A stretch of 64,000 nt of DNA, from contig CM120649.1 of the NCBI GenBank assembly GCA_051362555.1, forward strand, positions 11,532,001 through 11,596,000, in the 5' to 3' direction. Source of the stretch: Lingula anatina (Eukaryota; Animalia; Brachiopoda). This document shows positions 1 through 19,205 of this stretch, in pieces. The first letter of the stretch is position 1. Each line of letters begins with the position of its first letter. The notes below the pieces were generated by a model that saw only the letters and a program-made list of their open reading frames with translations, had not been told where the DNA came from and made no database searches. The position numbers were made by a program, and so were the translations under genes.

Positions 1-682
1 ATAGATTTTTTTACTGAATTGTCTGACAGAAATCAAAGGAATTTTGACAAAATAGATCCAAACGCATGAAGATCCTCTCACTCCCTTAGTTAATAATGAA
101 TATTCTGTATATTTGATATATTCATAAAAATTATATTAACACAATTTTGAAAATCTACATTAATTTTTAAAATATAGTGTGTTGTATTGGTTTATGATAT
201 TTGTGTGGCAAGGGCTGTTTTTTATTTGAGATTATATTAATTTGTAATTTGAATTTGATTTGAGATTTTAACAAACATATAACGTAATAACACTTTTTAA
301 TGAGGATTGGTTAATACTAAAATTAAACAGTTACTTGAAGGAGTTGCATTTGGTACGTTGTTGAAGTTACTGTGCCACACAGTATAAAATACTAAATGAA
401 ACTTGAGCTAAGTTTGTCTGTTTTTTTTTTCTGTTTGCTCTTATTAAGAAAAAGGGTATGGGAAACATAGATTATGAACCTATGTTAGCATGTAAAATGA
501 TTGCTGAGGGTTGAAGTTAATTTTTTTTTTTTCTTTTGTAAAGATTTGACTTTTTTCCTAAGTAAGAAGCACTCTCATTAGTTAATAAACAAAGAATATG
601 CAAGAAATGCTAGAGCAGGCTCAAGTATTCCTACTGGTGAAGTAACTATTCCATAAAATACCTCTCTGTGTGATAATTTCAG

Positions 683-5779
<5,097 letters not shown>

Positions 5780-8100
5780 CAGGATGTGCCATTTTGTACA
5801 TCACTTATAAAATCAACAAAAATGAAATATTAGGGCATAAGTATTGAATTTTACAAGAATAACCTGTTTACTTTGAAAAAAGTGAAAATAATTCAGAATG
5901 ATGTCAGGTATTTATTGCTTTGGAGAAGATTAAACTGATTAAGATGAAAAAAAGCCTTTTAAACATGTATAGTCTATGAAAACCCATGATAATGAATAGC
6001 CATTCTATAGTTCTAGGTGAATATCTGGGTAGTTCATGTCAGCTGAAATTGCAGTGTGTCGTAACACAGCTAATTTGCACATTGTGGACTTGGGCCAAAC
6101 TTTCAAAAAAATTTTTTTCTTATATTTGTAAAAGAAGCTTAGATTACTGGTAATGATATAGTGATATTTTTTCTTTCAATACAGAAATTAAGTCACATAC
6201 TGTGTACTTTTGTACAGAAGATAGCATGAACAGTTTCCTCATGAAGTCTTAGTGATATGGACAATATACCACCCATTGTACATGCGTGTCCAGTATGTGT
6301 TTTATTTTCTGTTCTTTGGTGACTGAAACAACATCTGGATGAATCAAAATATATCTGAAGTCAGCCTACTAGTTGTGTATCATTATACACATTTGAAAAT
6401 GGTTTGCCATCAACTTAATCAGGATATGGACTTTTTAATTACTCAGTAACTAATTTGACTGTCTTATTTCTTTATGGCTACACTGGCTATCTGAGAACTA
6501 TGTGACTACAAGGACTATTATTATACAGACTATCATGGTTTTTTATGACTAGATGATCTCTCAGGCTTTATTATATTTTGGTTATAGAAATCGGCATATA
6601 GTGATCAAACAAAAGATTTTTTTTTTAGAATTTTCATTTGGATCATTGCATTTTGACTGGTTATATGCTGTTACTTTTGAGTTGAATTTAAAAGTGATCA
6701 GTATATCCTTTAATATTAAAGAACTGGCTTTAAAAGGCAGATTGCAATATTACTCTTCGATGTATGTGCGCTTCAGTAATTCATAAATTTCTCTTGTGTT
6801 TATCAAGGTGTTTATCAAGGATCCGTTCACAAGATCTCAATAACACATCAATGTGAAGTGTGAGTCTCTGCAGCATCAATAGCCAGCTAACAATGACTTT
6901 GCCAACCTGCTCCTGTTAAACATTAATGTTCCCATAATGCATTGCTCAGACCCCCTCCCCCTCCCCATTCTGCCTTGCTTGTAAATTTGTAAACCATCGT
7001 TTAGATATGCCTTATTGTATTTTGGTTTTGTATGCTTATAGCTGATTAAGAAGTCATTCTTATGAGGAATTGATTAATCACAATCACGTACAATTTTCTG
7101 GGCTGACAGGGTTTTATCTTCAAATTTGTTTAGGTATAATGCTTGGAAATAAATCGTACTTTGTTTATAAGGTTATGATATGGCACTGGTGACAAAAATA
7201 CTTTAGTTTTAAATTAACCAAAGAAAGCTTTGCTAGAACAATGACTCGCATTAACAATTTTGCCTCGGTAAAAAAAATTAAAAAGCTTTTTTACGTTTGA
7301 AAATAGACGCCATTTAGAAGATAATGCAATGTGTTTCTTATACCTCATGGAGTCACCCCGAAGTTCAGAAGTCCCTAAAGACTATCCACTATTAACAAGG
7401 GACCTTTGTTGTTCAGGGTGCATTGAGTAGTCCCAATCACGCAGTTGCCATCAGGGAGTCTGTGCACTTTGTCCATTGAAAATAATGTGTAAATGTCTCT
7501 ATAGTCAATTATGATACTATATATATTTATATAGGACATTGACCTATATATTAAATTAGGTCACTTGTGTAGTTCACCCTGAGTTTCAGAGTTTATGACT
7601 GCTGTATTCTCTGTATTGTTACAAGAGGATAATTTCCAGTAAATTCTGAAACCCAGGGCAATGTAGTGCTTTATCTGTTACAGTGTATCCTTGTTGGGCA
7701 TAAATGCAACTATGTCTCCATGTTAGGGGTGAGTGTTCAAATGAGAGGCTTAAATGTCATTTTATCATGCCTATAAATGTTGATGGCATTCAGATAGTAG
7801 CAAAGGTGTGTAATAAGATTCCACATTTTAAATGCATTTCCAAAACTGTATGTCCTACACATTGAAGAAAAACATGTTGGTATGATATTCAGAATGTGTA
7901 TTGACTCTCTATCTCTCAATAAGGAAAAATAGAATTCATAAAGAAAATGGTCATGATGAAATGTAATTAATTTGTAGGTTCATGTTTAAGCCCCATTATT
8001 GTCTTCCATGTACAAATATAAACTTGTAGCTTAAACAGCTTAATTTAACAAACAGGCAGTTGCAATTTATTCCTTTGTAATAAAACGATGGGTTTGATAT
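5780..8100 (+). other. Probable PAK 3' UTR with candidate poly(A) signals
   Basis: AT-rich non-coding sequence after the stop; AATAAA at 7148-7153 and 8079-8084, the latter followed by T-rich sequence. Confidence 0.4.
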
Positions 8101-8399
8101 GCATATTAAATATCACAGAAAATATTAAACTGTTTTGTTTTTGCCCTCTCTCTGTTTCTCTTTCTCTCACTCATGACAGATTCCCAGCTTAAAGGAATTC
8201 TTGGATTCCTCGGATTATATACATTATAATTTATACTGGCCTGGGCGTAATTTGTTCCAAAATGTCATCATAGATTCGAATCAAATAGAAGAGGGGTTAA
8301 AAGGAGTTTTTCACAGGATTGAGGTTAAAATTGAATACTGAAAACATCGACTGAATATATATTTTAATAGAGTGTATTGATTTTGCTTTCGGAGTTTTA

Positions 8400-11200
8400 T
8401 TGAAACGGGGCGAAATTTCCAAATGGAAAAATAAAATAGAAAAAAAAAAAAAAACCCGACACCATTGTCCTGGCAATGTTGCATGGCAAGTTTGAAGAGA
8501 ATGGCCGTTTGTGTTGACGGGAATTTTTTAACGATTTTCAATTTTTGTTCTATAAAAAGAAGGAATCTTATTTGACATTTTTGCGATTCTCATTTCGAGG
8601 AATGTTATATATATCAAAGTGCAAATATTCAGTTTTTGCGTTTCTGGTTGGCTCAATGAATTTTTGAAACCCGTCTTGATAAAGTTTTGAATCGCGTGCT
8701 TCGCGGAAGTTAGTATGAGTATTGATCTCGAAGGGACAGCGAAAATTAAAAAAATTCAGGATGTTTTTATATTCTCAGATTCTTACAGAATTATGGCAAG
8801 ATTTAGGAAAAAAGGATCAAAACTTGTTTAGTCGGAGAAAAATATCGTTTACCCCAGGAAAATTCGTTTAACAGGAAAATCTTAAACTGTACATCTGAAA
8901 TATAACAATAAATATAAAAAGTAAACAAACACATTAAACTGTTACAGTTGGATCTAATGATCAAACTTGAATTGAGTTGAGTCGGTAGTTTACCCGCTAC
9001 GGCAGCATTTCATATATACCCCGTAAAATCCGTAAACTCGTTCAGCATGAAGTATGATGGCACATCTTCTCAGCGGGATTATTTGTATTTTTCTCAAAAG
9101 TCACATCCTTGCTTTACGAATTAAAATTCGTTAGCGCCCAAGTTTTCGCCGCTTTAAACTTAATTTAATGATTTCCCCCTCTTGGGTCCCTGCAGCTGCT
9201 TATTCAGATTGTTCACGTTATTATAGTCCCCAGAAGAAATCTGAAATATATAGAAATAACTACTGAAAACTACAACGTACAGTTCGGTGTGAAGCGCCCT
9301 TACATCTCAATCATCTTGCTCCCAAACCTGTTTAAAGTTGTGGATTATGAAGACAAACAAAAACCTACTTATGTGAACGAAGTGATAATTATTATAAAAA
9401 GAGTCCAAGTCATCTTTCTAAGATCTAAACATATAGGCTTATCAAACAAAGCGATCGAGCACGACATGAACTTCGTCACCAATGGTAACGTTATATGATT
9501 GCGGTTTGGCGGTGCGCGGGATAGCACACAGCACCCGGACTTTCATAACCAATAATTTGTAGTAGGCCTACGCCTACATGTAGGAGATAAAGACAAAGTT
9601 GGCTTTTTCAGTGAGGCTGTAGAAATAATAGTTTCCATTTCAGTGCTGTCAACAACCGGTAATCTCCCGATTTGGGGACTATCTTCCGATCAGATTAAAA
9701 ATCTCATGATCTATCAGATTTTCCTCTTTTTTCTTTTTTTAGAACGTGCGGTAACTGCATTCACGAAAATGTGCCATCACGCTTTCTTAGTTTCATTGAT
9801 GGAGAGGTGATCGCAGTAAACAAAAGGAAATGAAGCGCCAAAAACAAAAGCATGTCGGGCCTTTGTGTGAGCACCATCCTGAACACTATTATGTATGTAT
9901 ACGGATGTATGTATGTTAATGTTGTCATGGGAAGAAGCTTGTTCCGACAGGAACCAAGATACCGATCATTTAAACCGCAGTATTGTTATTAGGCCTAATT
10001 AAGTGCTTACAAGTAGGCCTACGTAGGCCTACACTTCCTCAGTTAAGAAAGCGGACCTTCTCCCGAACAGTTGCAGTCTAGGCCTACGTGTCGGATCATT
10101 CATAAAACTATAGACACTTTCAGTATTTTGTCAAATTGGTAGCTGTGTGAACTTAAAAACCTATAGGCCTATATATGGCTTTACAAAGCTGAAAGCCTGT
10201 GGTTGGTAAAAATGTGAAACTGAAAGATCTAAAACACCGAAAGATAAATGATAGTAAAATTAGCGACACTTTAACTTCATTTTCACTTTTCTGTTTTTGT
10301 TCAGTTGGACCAATATAGGCCTATTGAGAATGCGTGTACTGGACGGAGGGGTCTATGGGGGGGGGGGTGCGGGCCAAGAATATGCGTGCTAAAAATAGCT
10401 AGGGCCTATACATATTAATGAATTTATAAAAATGTAAAGATTACTTAATAAATCACTATATCACCAACGTTGTGGCTTTTCAGAAGAAATCAAACTGATG
10501 AAAATGACAGGCAAAATCCTAAAGAGCTAAAGAAGAGACCATCGAAAAACAGCGAAAAGGATAGCCTACGAAGGCCTAAAGAGAGTTGCCGCTCTTTGTA
10601 ATTATTCTAAGTCTACACAATATCTGCTACGTCATCAGTTTCCGTGAAAAGTGACGAATGCACATGGGAAGTTGAGAAATCGTCTGGCAAACGAAGAACT
10701 CTGTTGTACAAAGTGATAATATTCGGAATTTCCCTGTAGTGTATGTACTCAGGTAAGGTCGGTCGTTTTTCTTACGGTAAAACCCCGCTTTGGGTATTGA
10801 ATTATTGGAATACATTTGCTTATGCTTAAAATGAATCGGGGAATTGTGTGACTGACTCTGAACTGGAAGTCGCCGTTGTCCGTAGTCAGGTCGATCGTCT
10901 GCGAATGCTGTACACCACACCTGAATCAGCGACGGTTGCTTAGGATGCGATGCTAACTTATTTGATAGATAAGACGCTCCAATGCAGATTCTAGCGTTTC
11001 CATACTGAAAACAAACTGGATTAGACACGGTCGATAATATGGGGCGCAGTCACACTTGCTGAATGAATTCTGGGGTTTACCGACCAATTAATGTCGTGAT
11101 GAACGGTGCCGTTGTGGTGCTGGCTACTAAGTAGTGAAATAAGAACGAAAATGGTCTGCTGATGATAGTTATATAACCAGGAATTTTCGAGGAATTTTCG
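8400..11200. promoter_or_regulatory. CpG-enriched promoter-like region; candidate non-coding first exon of ABCC5 ending at donor CAG/GTAAGG (10752/10753)
   Basis: CpG is visibly more frequent than in the gene bodies; strong donor; several CGGAAGT/GGAAGT ETS-like motifs. The link to ABCC5 is inference, and part of the region may be transposon-derived. Confidence 0.4.
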
Positions 11201-11256
11201 TGATTCTGTTTTCTAGGATTTGTCTGCTAAGTGTAGTGCCAGGGGCAGGTAGAACC

Positions 11257-11330
11257 GGCCGGGTAGCTCAGTAGGTAAGAGCACTCGCCCTGTAAGCGAG
11301 AGGTCCCGGGTTCGATTCCTGGCCTGGCTG
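11257..11330 (+). tRNA. tRNA-Thr(TGT)-like cloverleaf (tRNA gene, pseudogene or tRNA-derived SINE head)
   Basis: Acceptor GGCCGGG/CCTGGCT, D arm GCTC/GAGC, anticodon arm CTCGC-CCTGTAA-GCGAG, T arm CCGGG-TTCGATT-CCTGG; A and B boxes intact; TTTTT shortly downstream; atypical C33. Confidence 0.6.
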
Positions 11331-12050
11331 GTGATTTTTCTGCACTCACCCCAAATCGCTACATAAGGTTCAAGAGAACAATTAAGATTGGGTGGGGGAT
11401 GGTGCCGGGGGGGGGGGGGGGGGTATGACAAATTTACTTTTTATGAGAGTATTCTATTTGTTACAAAGTATATTGTTGTTGTTAAAGCATTGTCTGGTAG
11501 TCATAAGCCTGACAAAAGATGCCTGCATCTTCACTACAACAGGTGTATTAATTCAACCAGAACTACATACATTTCCCAGACACAAGTATATGATAGTGTT
11601 TAGTTACTAGTATATGATAGTTTATGGTAAAGCTATTTTTTGGTTGATTGAGAGATTGATATGGCTAATGACTTGGCATGTTGACTTAATTTTAGTCATA
11701 TATGAAACTAGTGGAAGTTATAGACTATGTGTTAATTACTGGAAATCCATGCTCACGCAATATGTATCTGTAAGCCTCCCAGGGTTTTTTTTTTTTTTCT
11801 GCAGACAGTTTTATTTCGCTCCACCTCCTCTGTCTCCACTTAAAATTTCTACAAAGACTTAACCCCAATGAATCAATCAAATCACTACACATACAGAGAT
11901 ACATGACAATGCAGCTCATTAATAGGAGGGGGGGGGGGGCTAGAAGCCACCAGGTACATCATAAAAATATCCAGCATCAACACAATGTTTGAATTAATGA
12001 GGATCTTTATTGATTTAGCACCTTTTACACAAGTTCATGACCTAACAGTA

Positions 12051-13852
12051 CTCTGAAGTGCCGAATAAGAGTGCCTACCGGAATAACAGTGCCCCCCGGA
12101 AAACTTTCCAAAATTAATAACAGTGCCTAGCGGAATAACTGTGCCCCCTGGAAAAATTCCCGATATTTAATAACAGTGCCTAGCGGAATAACTGTGCCCC
12201 CCGGAAAATTTTATCAATTTTAATAATTTCAATGAATAATTGTAATGGCAATTTTAAATTATATTCAAATCTGGAAAAATTATGTTTATTAAACATAAAA
12301 AACACAATATCTAGACAAATTAACCTTTGATTTTATACACATAGTTTAACATATTTTAACTATTTAGAGTAATCTCTATCACCAAGCTCCCCCGGAAAAT
12401 TTTTTTCAATCGAGGTGCAATTTGGTGCATTTTAGGGTATTTATGTAATTTTTTTTTACATCTTATGTGTCACTGAATTGTCTTGTTTTAGATGTTTTGA
12501 GGAATTAATTTAGTAATGACATAACAAAGGTTAAGACAAAATTATTTTCCTGTCTATGCATTCACTCAGTTTAGTCAATCTTGAAGTTTAAGGTTCAGCA
12601 GCAGCAGTTCCTATAATGCTAATTTAAACTTTCAAAAATTATAGAACATACTATTTCAAAAAAAAAAAAAAAAAAATTAACTACTTTAATACTTACAGGA
12701 ATCAAGAAAAAGGGCTTCCTATATTGAATTATTTTTGGATTGACCAAAAAGTTGATATGATATGTTGTTCTTACCATTTTTCACCTTTCTGAAAGTAACT
12801 GGCCAATTGACTTTGCGTGTGGGAGCGCTTCATCCTTAAATAAAACTGCCGCAAAAAATGTTCTCTCCTGTCGTTCAGCGCAAAGCGACTCCCGCTACTA
12901 ATTATACGTAGTTTGAGATGTAATTTATAATCAACAACTTCAAACACCGTGAAATGAATTTTTCAGAATTAAAGAGATTAAAATCACACTTATCACCAAT
13001 TTGAGTTCTTCGTTTGTTCATTTACATGATTCTATTTAGTCATGGAAATTCATATTCAATGCACGCGAAATACTGACGTGACCCAGTTTTACAACGCTAC
13101 TGCTTTCACAAAACTAACCCGTAAATCAGTAGAAAATCTTCTCCAAATTTATAAAATCAACAAAGTGCACTTAATTTTCTCCATTTTTATCAGTGAATAA
13201 ACGTAAACTATAAAAACACAACAGGCGGTCTTAATTTCGGAACATGACGAAGTGACAGAGAAAGTGTATTTGTGACATGTGACTAAATGTTGTCGAGAGC
13301 AGTTGCCTCGTTTCGCTCTGTCTCGTATACTTCAAATAAAGCACAGAACTGCGAAAACGAGGCACTCACAGGGAGATAGCATACGCGCATGCGTATTTTC
13401 GTTACTACTAAATCAAGTGCTCAGAAGCATGGGATTACGTACAGTATGTAAATAGAATGCCATATTTGCTTAGAAATAAATATAAATTTCAGTTAGCATG
13501 AGTGAAAATATACTTTTTTGTTCCATTCAGCCCAGCGAGGCGGTGCTTTCGACAAATTTCAGCGCGGCGCCTCGCTCTTTATATGCTGGAGAAACACTGG
13601 CTTTTATTTACGCTAAAAACAAGTTCGAGTGTAGTGCTTGCGACAGGTCATTAATAATTATTAACTTGTCAAATGAAACGATCATCAACATTTCCGAAAC
13701 GATCAAAAATATTTCCAACCGGCACAGTGAGTGCCAAATAACCGTGCCGTGTGGAAAATTATTAATCGTGCCGGGGAGAATAAGATCGTGCCGGGTGGAA
13801 AATTTCCGGAAAAAAAATAAACGTGCCGGCACGTTTATTTGGCACTTCAGAG
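12051..13852. mobile_element. Non-autonomous TIR DNA transposon with TA target duplication (Tc1/mariner-pogo-like)
   Basis: TA|CTCTGAAGTGCCGAATAA ... TTATTTGGCACTTCAGAG|TA; subterminal AATAACAGTGCC/GGAAAA repeats at both ends; no transposase ORF seen. Confidence 0.85.
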
Positions 13853-15027
13853 TATAGTATTGTATCAACGACATACTAGTACTAATATTCTGTATATATT
13901 GAAGTTGTACTTGTCATACATGTACATCGAACATTGGAATCTCAGAGACACATAGTATTGACAATAGATGAACAGCATTTTTTCAGTTCATTTAACAAGG
14001 CATGAGGGATGTTGTTGACAAACAATTACTTCAGATTATACTACCTGGCATGTATATCATTGTTTTGGTTATTGAGATGTGGAACTTAGCCAAAGGTGAT
14101 GTGATGTTGCAATAATTGGTGAATACATAATCAGTGTCAAAATTGATTAAACATGAGCACTGGCCTTTTAGCCAAGGGTCAGTGATTAGCCAGCTTGGTA
14201 AGACTAGAATGTCAGTGTATACCATAGCAGAGTTCAGTGACAAAAAAAAAAAAAAAACAACAACAAGAATTGGTATAGCTTCACTTGTTATGTTAACATG
14301 TCACATCCTGGTATGAAATGAATGTGGGCTAAACTTCATTTGGGGACTTTTCATACACTTACAGTAAGATATACTACTGTAACAGTAACTGTAGGAAGTC
14401 GGATATTACAGATCAGCAAGATCTTTGTGATATCGCACACTTCTTGCTGATATGTCGTGCATCTGTTACATACTGTAATTATAAAGTCTGTGTTAACTTT
14501 GTTTTACGACAGCAGTATTCAGATATTTGATAACTACTGAAAGTATATATGTATATTATATATATATATATGCCAGGTATAGGAGAGACCCATATATATT
14601 TCTGCTCTATCTGAGAATCAAGATAGGGAAAGTAATAAATTATATAGCAAGAATATAGATACTAGTAGATGTATGTCACTTACCCTGAGTTTCAAAGGCC
14701 ACTGGAAAAGTGCCTTTGTATAACCTGGCATCAGGAGTTCCCAATGACTTTTGAAACTCGGGGTAATGTGATTGCATGCTAAGTGCATATGTGTATAATC
14801 TTGTTATATAATAATATATATCAGAGTTCCTCAGTCTGTTGACCTCGTCAGGGCCCTTTAGCCTATATGTTATCAGTTTATACATGGGTCAGTGTACATA
14901 AGCCACTTAAAATGTGTACAGTGGTGATACTATGTTTATTTACCATTGATATGCCTGGTATCAGGTAGAAATGAATGAAAAGACTTTGTACTGACTCCTT
15001 AATAATACTGTGGGGCACATTTTACTC

Positions 15028-15270
15028 TAAGGGCCATTCAGAATAGATGATCTGAGTACTAACTGATCCGTCGACTAAATATGGCCAACCCTACTAGTAC
15101 TTCATAAGCGCAGCCGCTAATTCTATGATGGTCTCCCTGCCTCCACACGTGCCGTCACTGCAGGGGCCTGGCAATAGAACCTCGGAACCAGTGGTGTGTG
15201 TAGAGGCGTGGAGACCATCGTGAAACAGCAGCATCGCTTTTGAAGTGTGGTCGGCCATATTTAGTCGGTT
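15028..15270. mobile_element. Palindromic MITE (PIF/Harbinger-like family), copy 1
   Basis: TAAGGGCCATTCAGAA end; inverted arms CGACTAAATATGGCCAACC / GGTCGGCCATATTTAGTCG; related copies at ~16833 and ~27922. Confidence 0.6.
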
Positions 15271-16832
15271 TAACAGATACAACACTCGTCACTATCACAT
15301 CGCGTACTAGGCAAGAGCGATGTCGCGTCTGATACTGTGAAATGCGTACTGATACACACCTTGAAAACGGGTAGTGTAGTCCGATCTACCGGTGAATTCA
15401 GGATCATTCGGTGCCGAGTCTGGTAGTTGGGTAGGACTGAAGTGGTTTCGGAATATACTTGTGCTGGTTTTCAGAGCATTCAGGTGCTTATTACAAGTTT
15501 GAAGGAGAATTTAATATGATTTTTGCTGATATTTCTGATAAAGAGGGAGAATGGACAGCTCACAAATGCCTTGCAGGGGAATTCAGACTCTCAGCATAAT
15601 TACTGTGGTGCATATGGAACCCCTTTTCTTTTAATGGATGATGTTATAAGTTTCTGAGTACATCTACAAATGCAGTTCTACATGATGGCCTCTACTGCAC
15701 TGTACAGTCCTCTAGTGCTGGTGATTGTATCCTCCACCATACAAAGATGCCATTACGAGAAAGTGGCATGAAATAAAAAATAACGAAGAAAGTTTTAGTG
15801 GTTTGTGGCAACAAAAAGCAATTATTAGCTATTTTTGGGTAGCTGTACATTCTTGGAAGGTACCCAGGGGATGATAATGGTTTATAAATTAAAGCATTTG
15901 TTTTACTTTAAGATGAACTACATGGGATTTTCACACAAATCTAATTTTCTTTGAGAAAATGCAATTTTGTCCTACTCAGGGTTGATTTTACTTGTTTTAG
16001 TCAAATGAAAACCAACTGGAGAAAAAATGATTAAAATAGTAGTAATTTGGCTAAGCAAAAAAAAAAAAAAAGAAAAAAAGAAAAAAAAATCCCAGTTATT
16101 TCTTTAGTTTTAAAGGCAATAATAAAGCCTTTACCTTTACTGTTACCTGTACTAGCTACTGTAGAGGTTGATATCAGCAACATTGCAATACTACCAAGAG
16201 CTGGCAAGATCAATAGTGGCTATTGGTCGTAACTGATGTGATGATATGACATTTAACATCTCTCTGAACTCAGACAGCCATAATCAATTAAAGAAGAAAT
16301 TGTAAGCAATAGTTTATGATTATACTTAGTGTTAAATAACATAAATGTGCCCCATAAAGATAATGTGCCTGTACTTTACTTATTTTGTTGCAGCAAAAAA
16401 TCAATGTTACAATAAAAAGATCAAGCAGTGAGCCTGGAAGATTACTGGCTGTTAAATGACATTTATGCCCATAAATTAAATTAATGCACACATGGAACAA
16501 TTGTTTACACTTATGTTTACTCTGATAGTCAAACCTGACAGTTCATACACAATGTTATGTCTAAAATTTCTCTGAACTTGGTGTCAAATCATATTTATGC
16601 CCCAAGATATTTTATTTTTATTTGCCATGAATTAAGCTAAAGTGCATTCAGTGGCTAGTAAGACCTTTGTATGGGCAGGGCTTGACATTAAGGGTGGCCA
16701 CTGGCCCTGGCCATTGAATCGATGGGGTTACTGACCCAAAGAGCAAGTAAAATGTCATGTGTGAAATCATCCTTGCAATATTTACTGATATCTTGCGCCA
16801 GTATCGAAAAGAGTTAGTGTCAAGCCCTGATG

Positions 16833-17100
16833 GGGCCATTCAGAATGAATGATCAGAGTACTTACAGTACTTATTATTATTATTATTATTATTATTAATA
16901 TTATTAATTATTGTTATAATTATTAGAGTACTGATCTGCCGACTAAATATGGATGACCATAGATCAAAAGCGATGCAGCTGATTCCTGATGGTTTCACTA
17001 ACTCCACACGCACCTTTAAAGGGATTAAATCTTGGCTCCAAGGTTAATTGCTAGGCCCCTGAGTGACAGTATGTGTGGAGGTGGGGAGATCATCAGAAAT
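16833..17100. mobile_element. Same MITE family, copy 2, interrupted by an (ATT)n tract
   Basis: GGGCCATTCAGAAT..GATCAGAGTACT and CCGACTAAATATGG shared with the 15028 copy; interior matches that copy in the opposite orientation. Confidence 0.55.
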
Positions 17101-18170
17101 CTAAGGGAAAATGCAATATATAACATTGCACAATCTTAGAAAAAATGCAGTAAAACATATAAAGTGGGTGAGGAAAAGTACATGTATATAGTTGGCCCTG
17201 GTCAAGGTGACACATAAAATTCCACCCTTTAATTGTAATATATGAGGCATGATTCCTTCCCATTTGGCTGGTGTTTATAATATGGTGTTATTCAATTCAT
17301 GAGACTCTGAGGCTTTTGGCTGTTGGTCAAAAGAGTGTGTTAAACAGCATGGCTTCCATGGTCTAAAGCTTTACATGCTCTTTTTCAATTGTTGATCAAT
17401 ACGATACACAATCTATGACATTTTAATACAATACAAAAAGTCAAAAGTGAAATAAAACATCATTGCCATAAAAGTCTACAAAAAAACCCATAGTTTGTAG
17501 TACAAATAGTACATATTAGTAATCATAAATCGAATTTTTGTCCTAGAAAGATAATATGTCAGTAATTGTGCCCTGCAGAATTTTGCAGTCAGAAAAATCA
17601 ATGAAAAGGGAAGAAAATGTTAAATCTGCTCAGCTGGACAGCTTTACCATGTCAAGTGACGGAGATTACCAAGATTATACAGAAAATCTATGGTGTAATT
17701 TGATTTTCAGATAAAGCTTACTCTGGAGATGATGTCTACCAGTGCATGTAGTATCGTAAGAGCCGTCTTTACAGAATATGTTCTCTCTTTTTAAATTTGA
17801 TGTTACACTACTACATTCACAGCTATAAGATATACCAGTGTTTCTAATAGGTTAGAACAATGCTAAATTTATTCATTGATTTATTTACTACTACTTATTT
17901 ATTTTATATTTGTTTATCAATTCATTCATTTATTTATTCATTGATTACAATAAAGGTACTAGTTACTGGATAATTCATAACTGTAATGTAGGCCATGAGG
18001 ATGCAGTAAAAAAGTTTTCTCTTGCCTGTACTGTACCTTCCCATTCATTTCACCCCATTCAGTGTAGAAGGCAATTACCCCACCCACTACCCACCCACCA
18101 CCCACCCTTCCCACTGCCTCACTGATGCTCACAGTTCAGGGGATGCCATGCATGATGATACTAACACCCC

Positions 18171-18374
18171 ATTTCCATAGATTAGATCGACCTATTTTAG
18201 ATCGACCTAACTCCCTGGGGGTTCACGCTAAATAGCTGTCAGCCGGGCGGACACGCAAGTTAATTACTCCCTTACAGCTTGTAGTAGGCAGGACGGACAT
18301 TTAAGTCGGATTATCTGAAAGTAATCTAGTGAGACTCCCTGCGGGGATAGATCGATCTAAAATCTATGGGAATA
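18171..18374. mobile_element. Small MITE-like inverted-repeat element
   Basis: TTCCATAGATTAGATCGA ... TCGATCTAAAATCTATGGGAA inverted termini around a GC-richer interior. Confidence 0.5.
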
Positions 18375-19105
18375 CAGCCTAAGGGTGCCTTCACAATGAA
18401 CCTATGGTACAAGCTATGTTCTAAGTCCACAAGGGCTCTCACTGAATGCAATCAGATTAACAGATTCACATTTAGCGCCTCTTGTTGCCTTCTCTTATTA
18501 TCACCAGCTTTTTATGTATTCTGCTCAATGCCAGGATATGTTAATCTGTTTGTGATTATGTGAAAGTCCCTGTGGAGTTAGTGCGCAGTGGCCTATATGA
18601 TATATTCATTTTGAATGTGCCTCTTGTATCCCTATTGTAAGTAAAGGAGGGCTGAAGTGCAGAATGGTTCAATGGGTACCTTAAGAAAAGTGTGGAATCT
18701 TTTTTTAAGGCGACTAAATATCTTTTTATCTTTAAGGCATGACAAGGCAGTCAGTCATGTGATCAGGAGATCGTTGGTGAAGGGTTGAAATGCCATACTT
18801 CAAGGGTATAACATGTTTAGTCTGTTTAGAAACAATTTACTTTTTAAAAGTTCTATCTTTACACAGAGGGCAATAAAAAAGTTTCACATGACTTTTTATG
18901 CACTGGTACTACAGTGCAATATCTGTAACAAGATGATCACATGATCATTATATGCATATTACATCTTTGTTTCAGACATGATAAATCCTCTCAATCACTC
19001 AATTACTTGGAAGTCAAGCTTTCAAATGATAGATGATTCCTAGGACTGTGAACTACTATAAGCTTCAAATGAATGACAAAATAAATACAGCATCAGTCCG
19101 TTCCA

Positions 19106-19155
19106 TCTCTCTCTCTTTCTCTCTCTCTCTGTCTGTCTCTCTCTGTCTCTCTGTA

Positions 19156-19203
<48 letters not shown>
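19106..19203. repeat. (CT)n microsatellite
   Basis: Seen directly. Confidence 0.9.

Positions 19204-19205
<2 letters not shown>

Noticed and set aside
8189-9157. Possible Kolobok-like element bounded by TTAAAG...CTTTAA
   Set aside because: The ends do not extend into a convincing inverted repeat
10627-11028. 133-aa minus-strand ORF in the CpG-rich region
   Set aside because: No recognisable domain or exon chain; likely a chance ORF
13498-13874. ORFs of 119 and 88 aa
   Set aside because: They overlap the subterminal repeats of the TA-flanked element and show no transposase motifs
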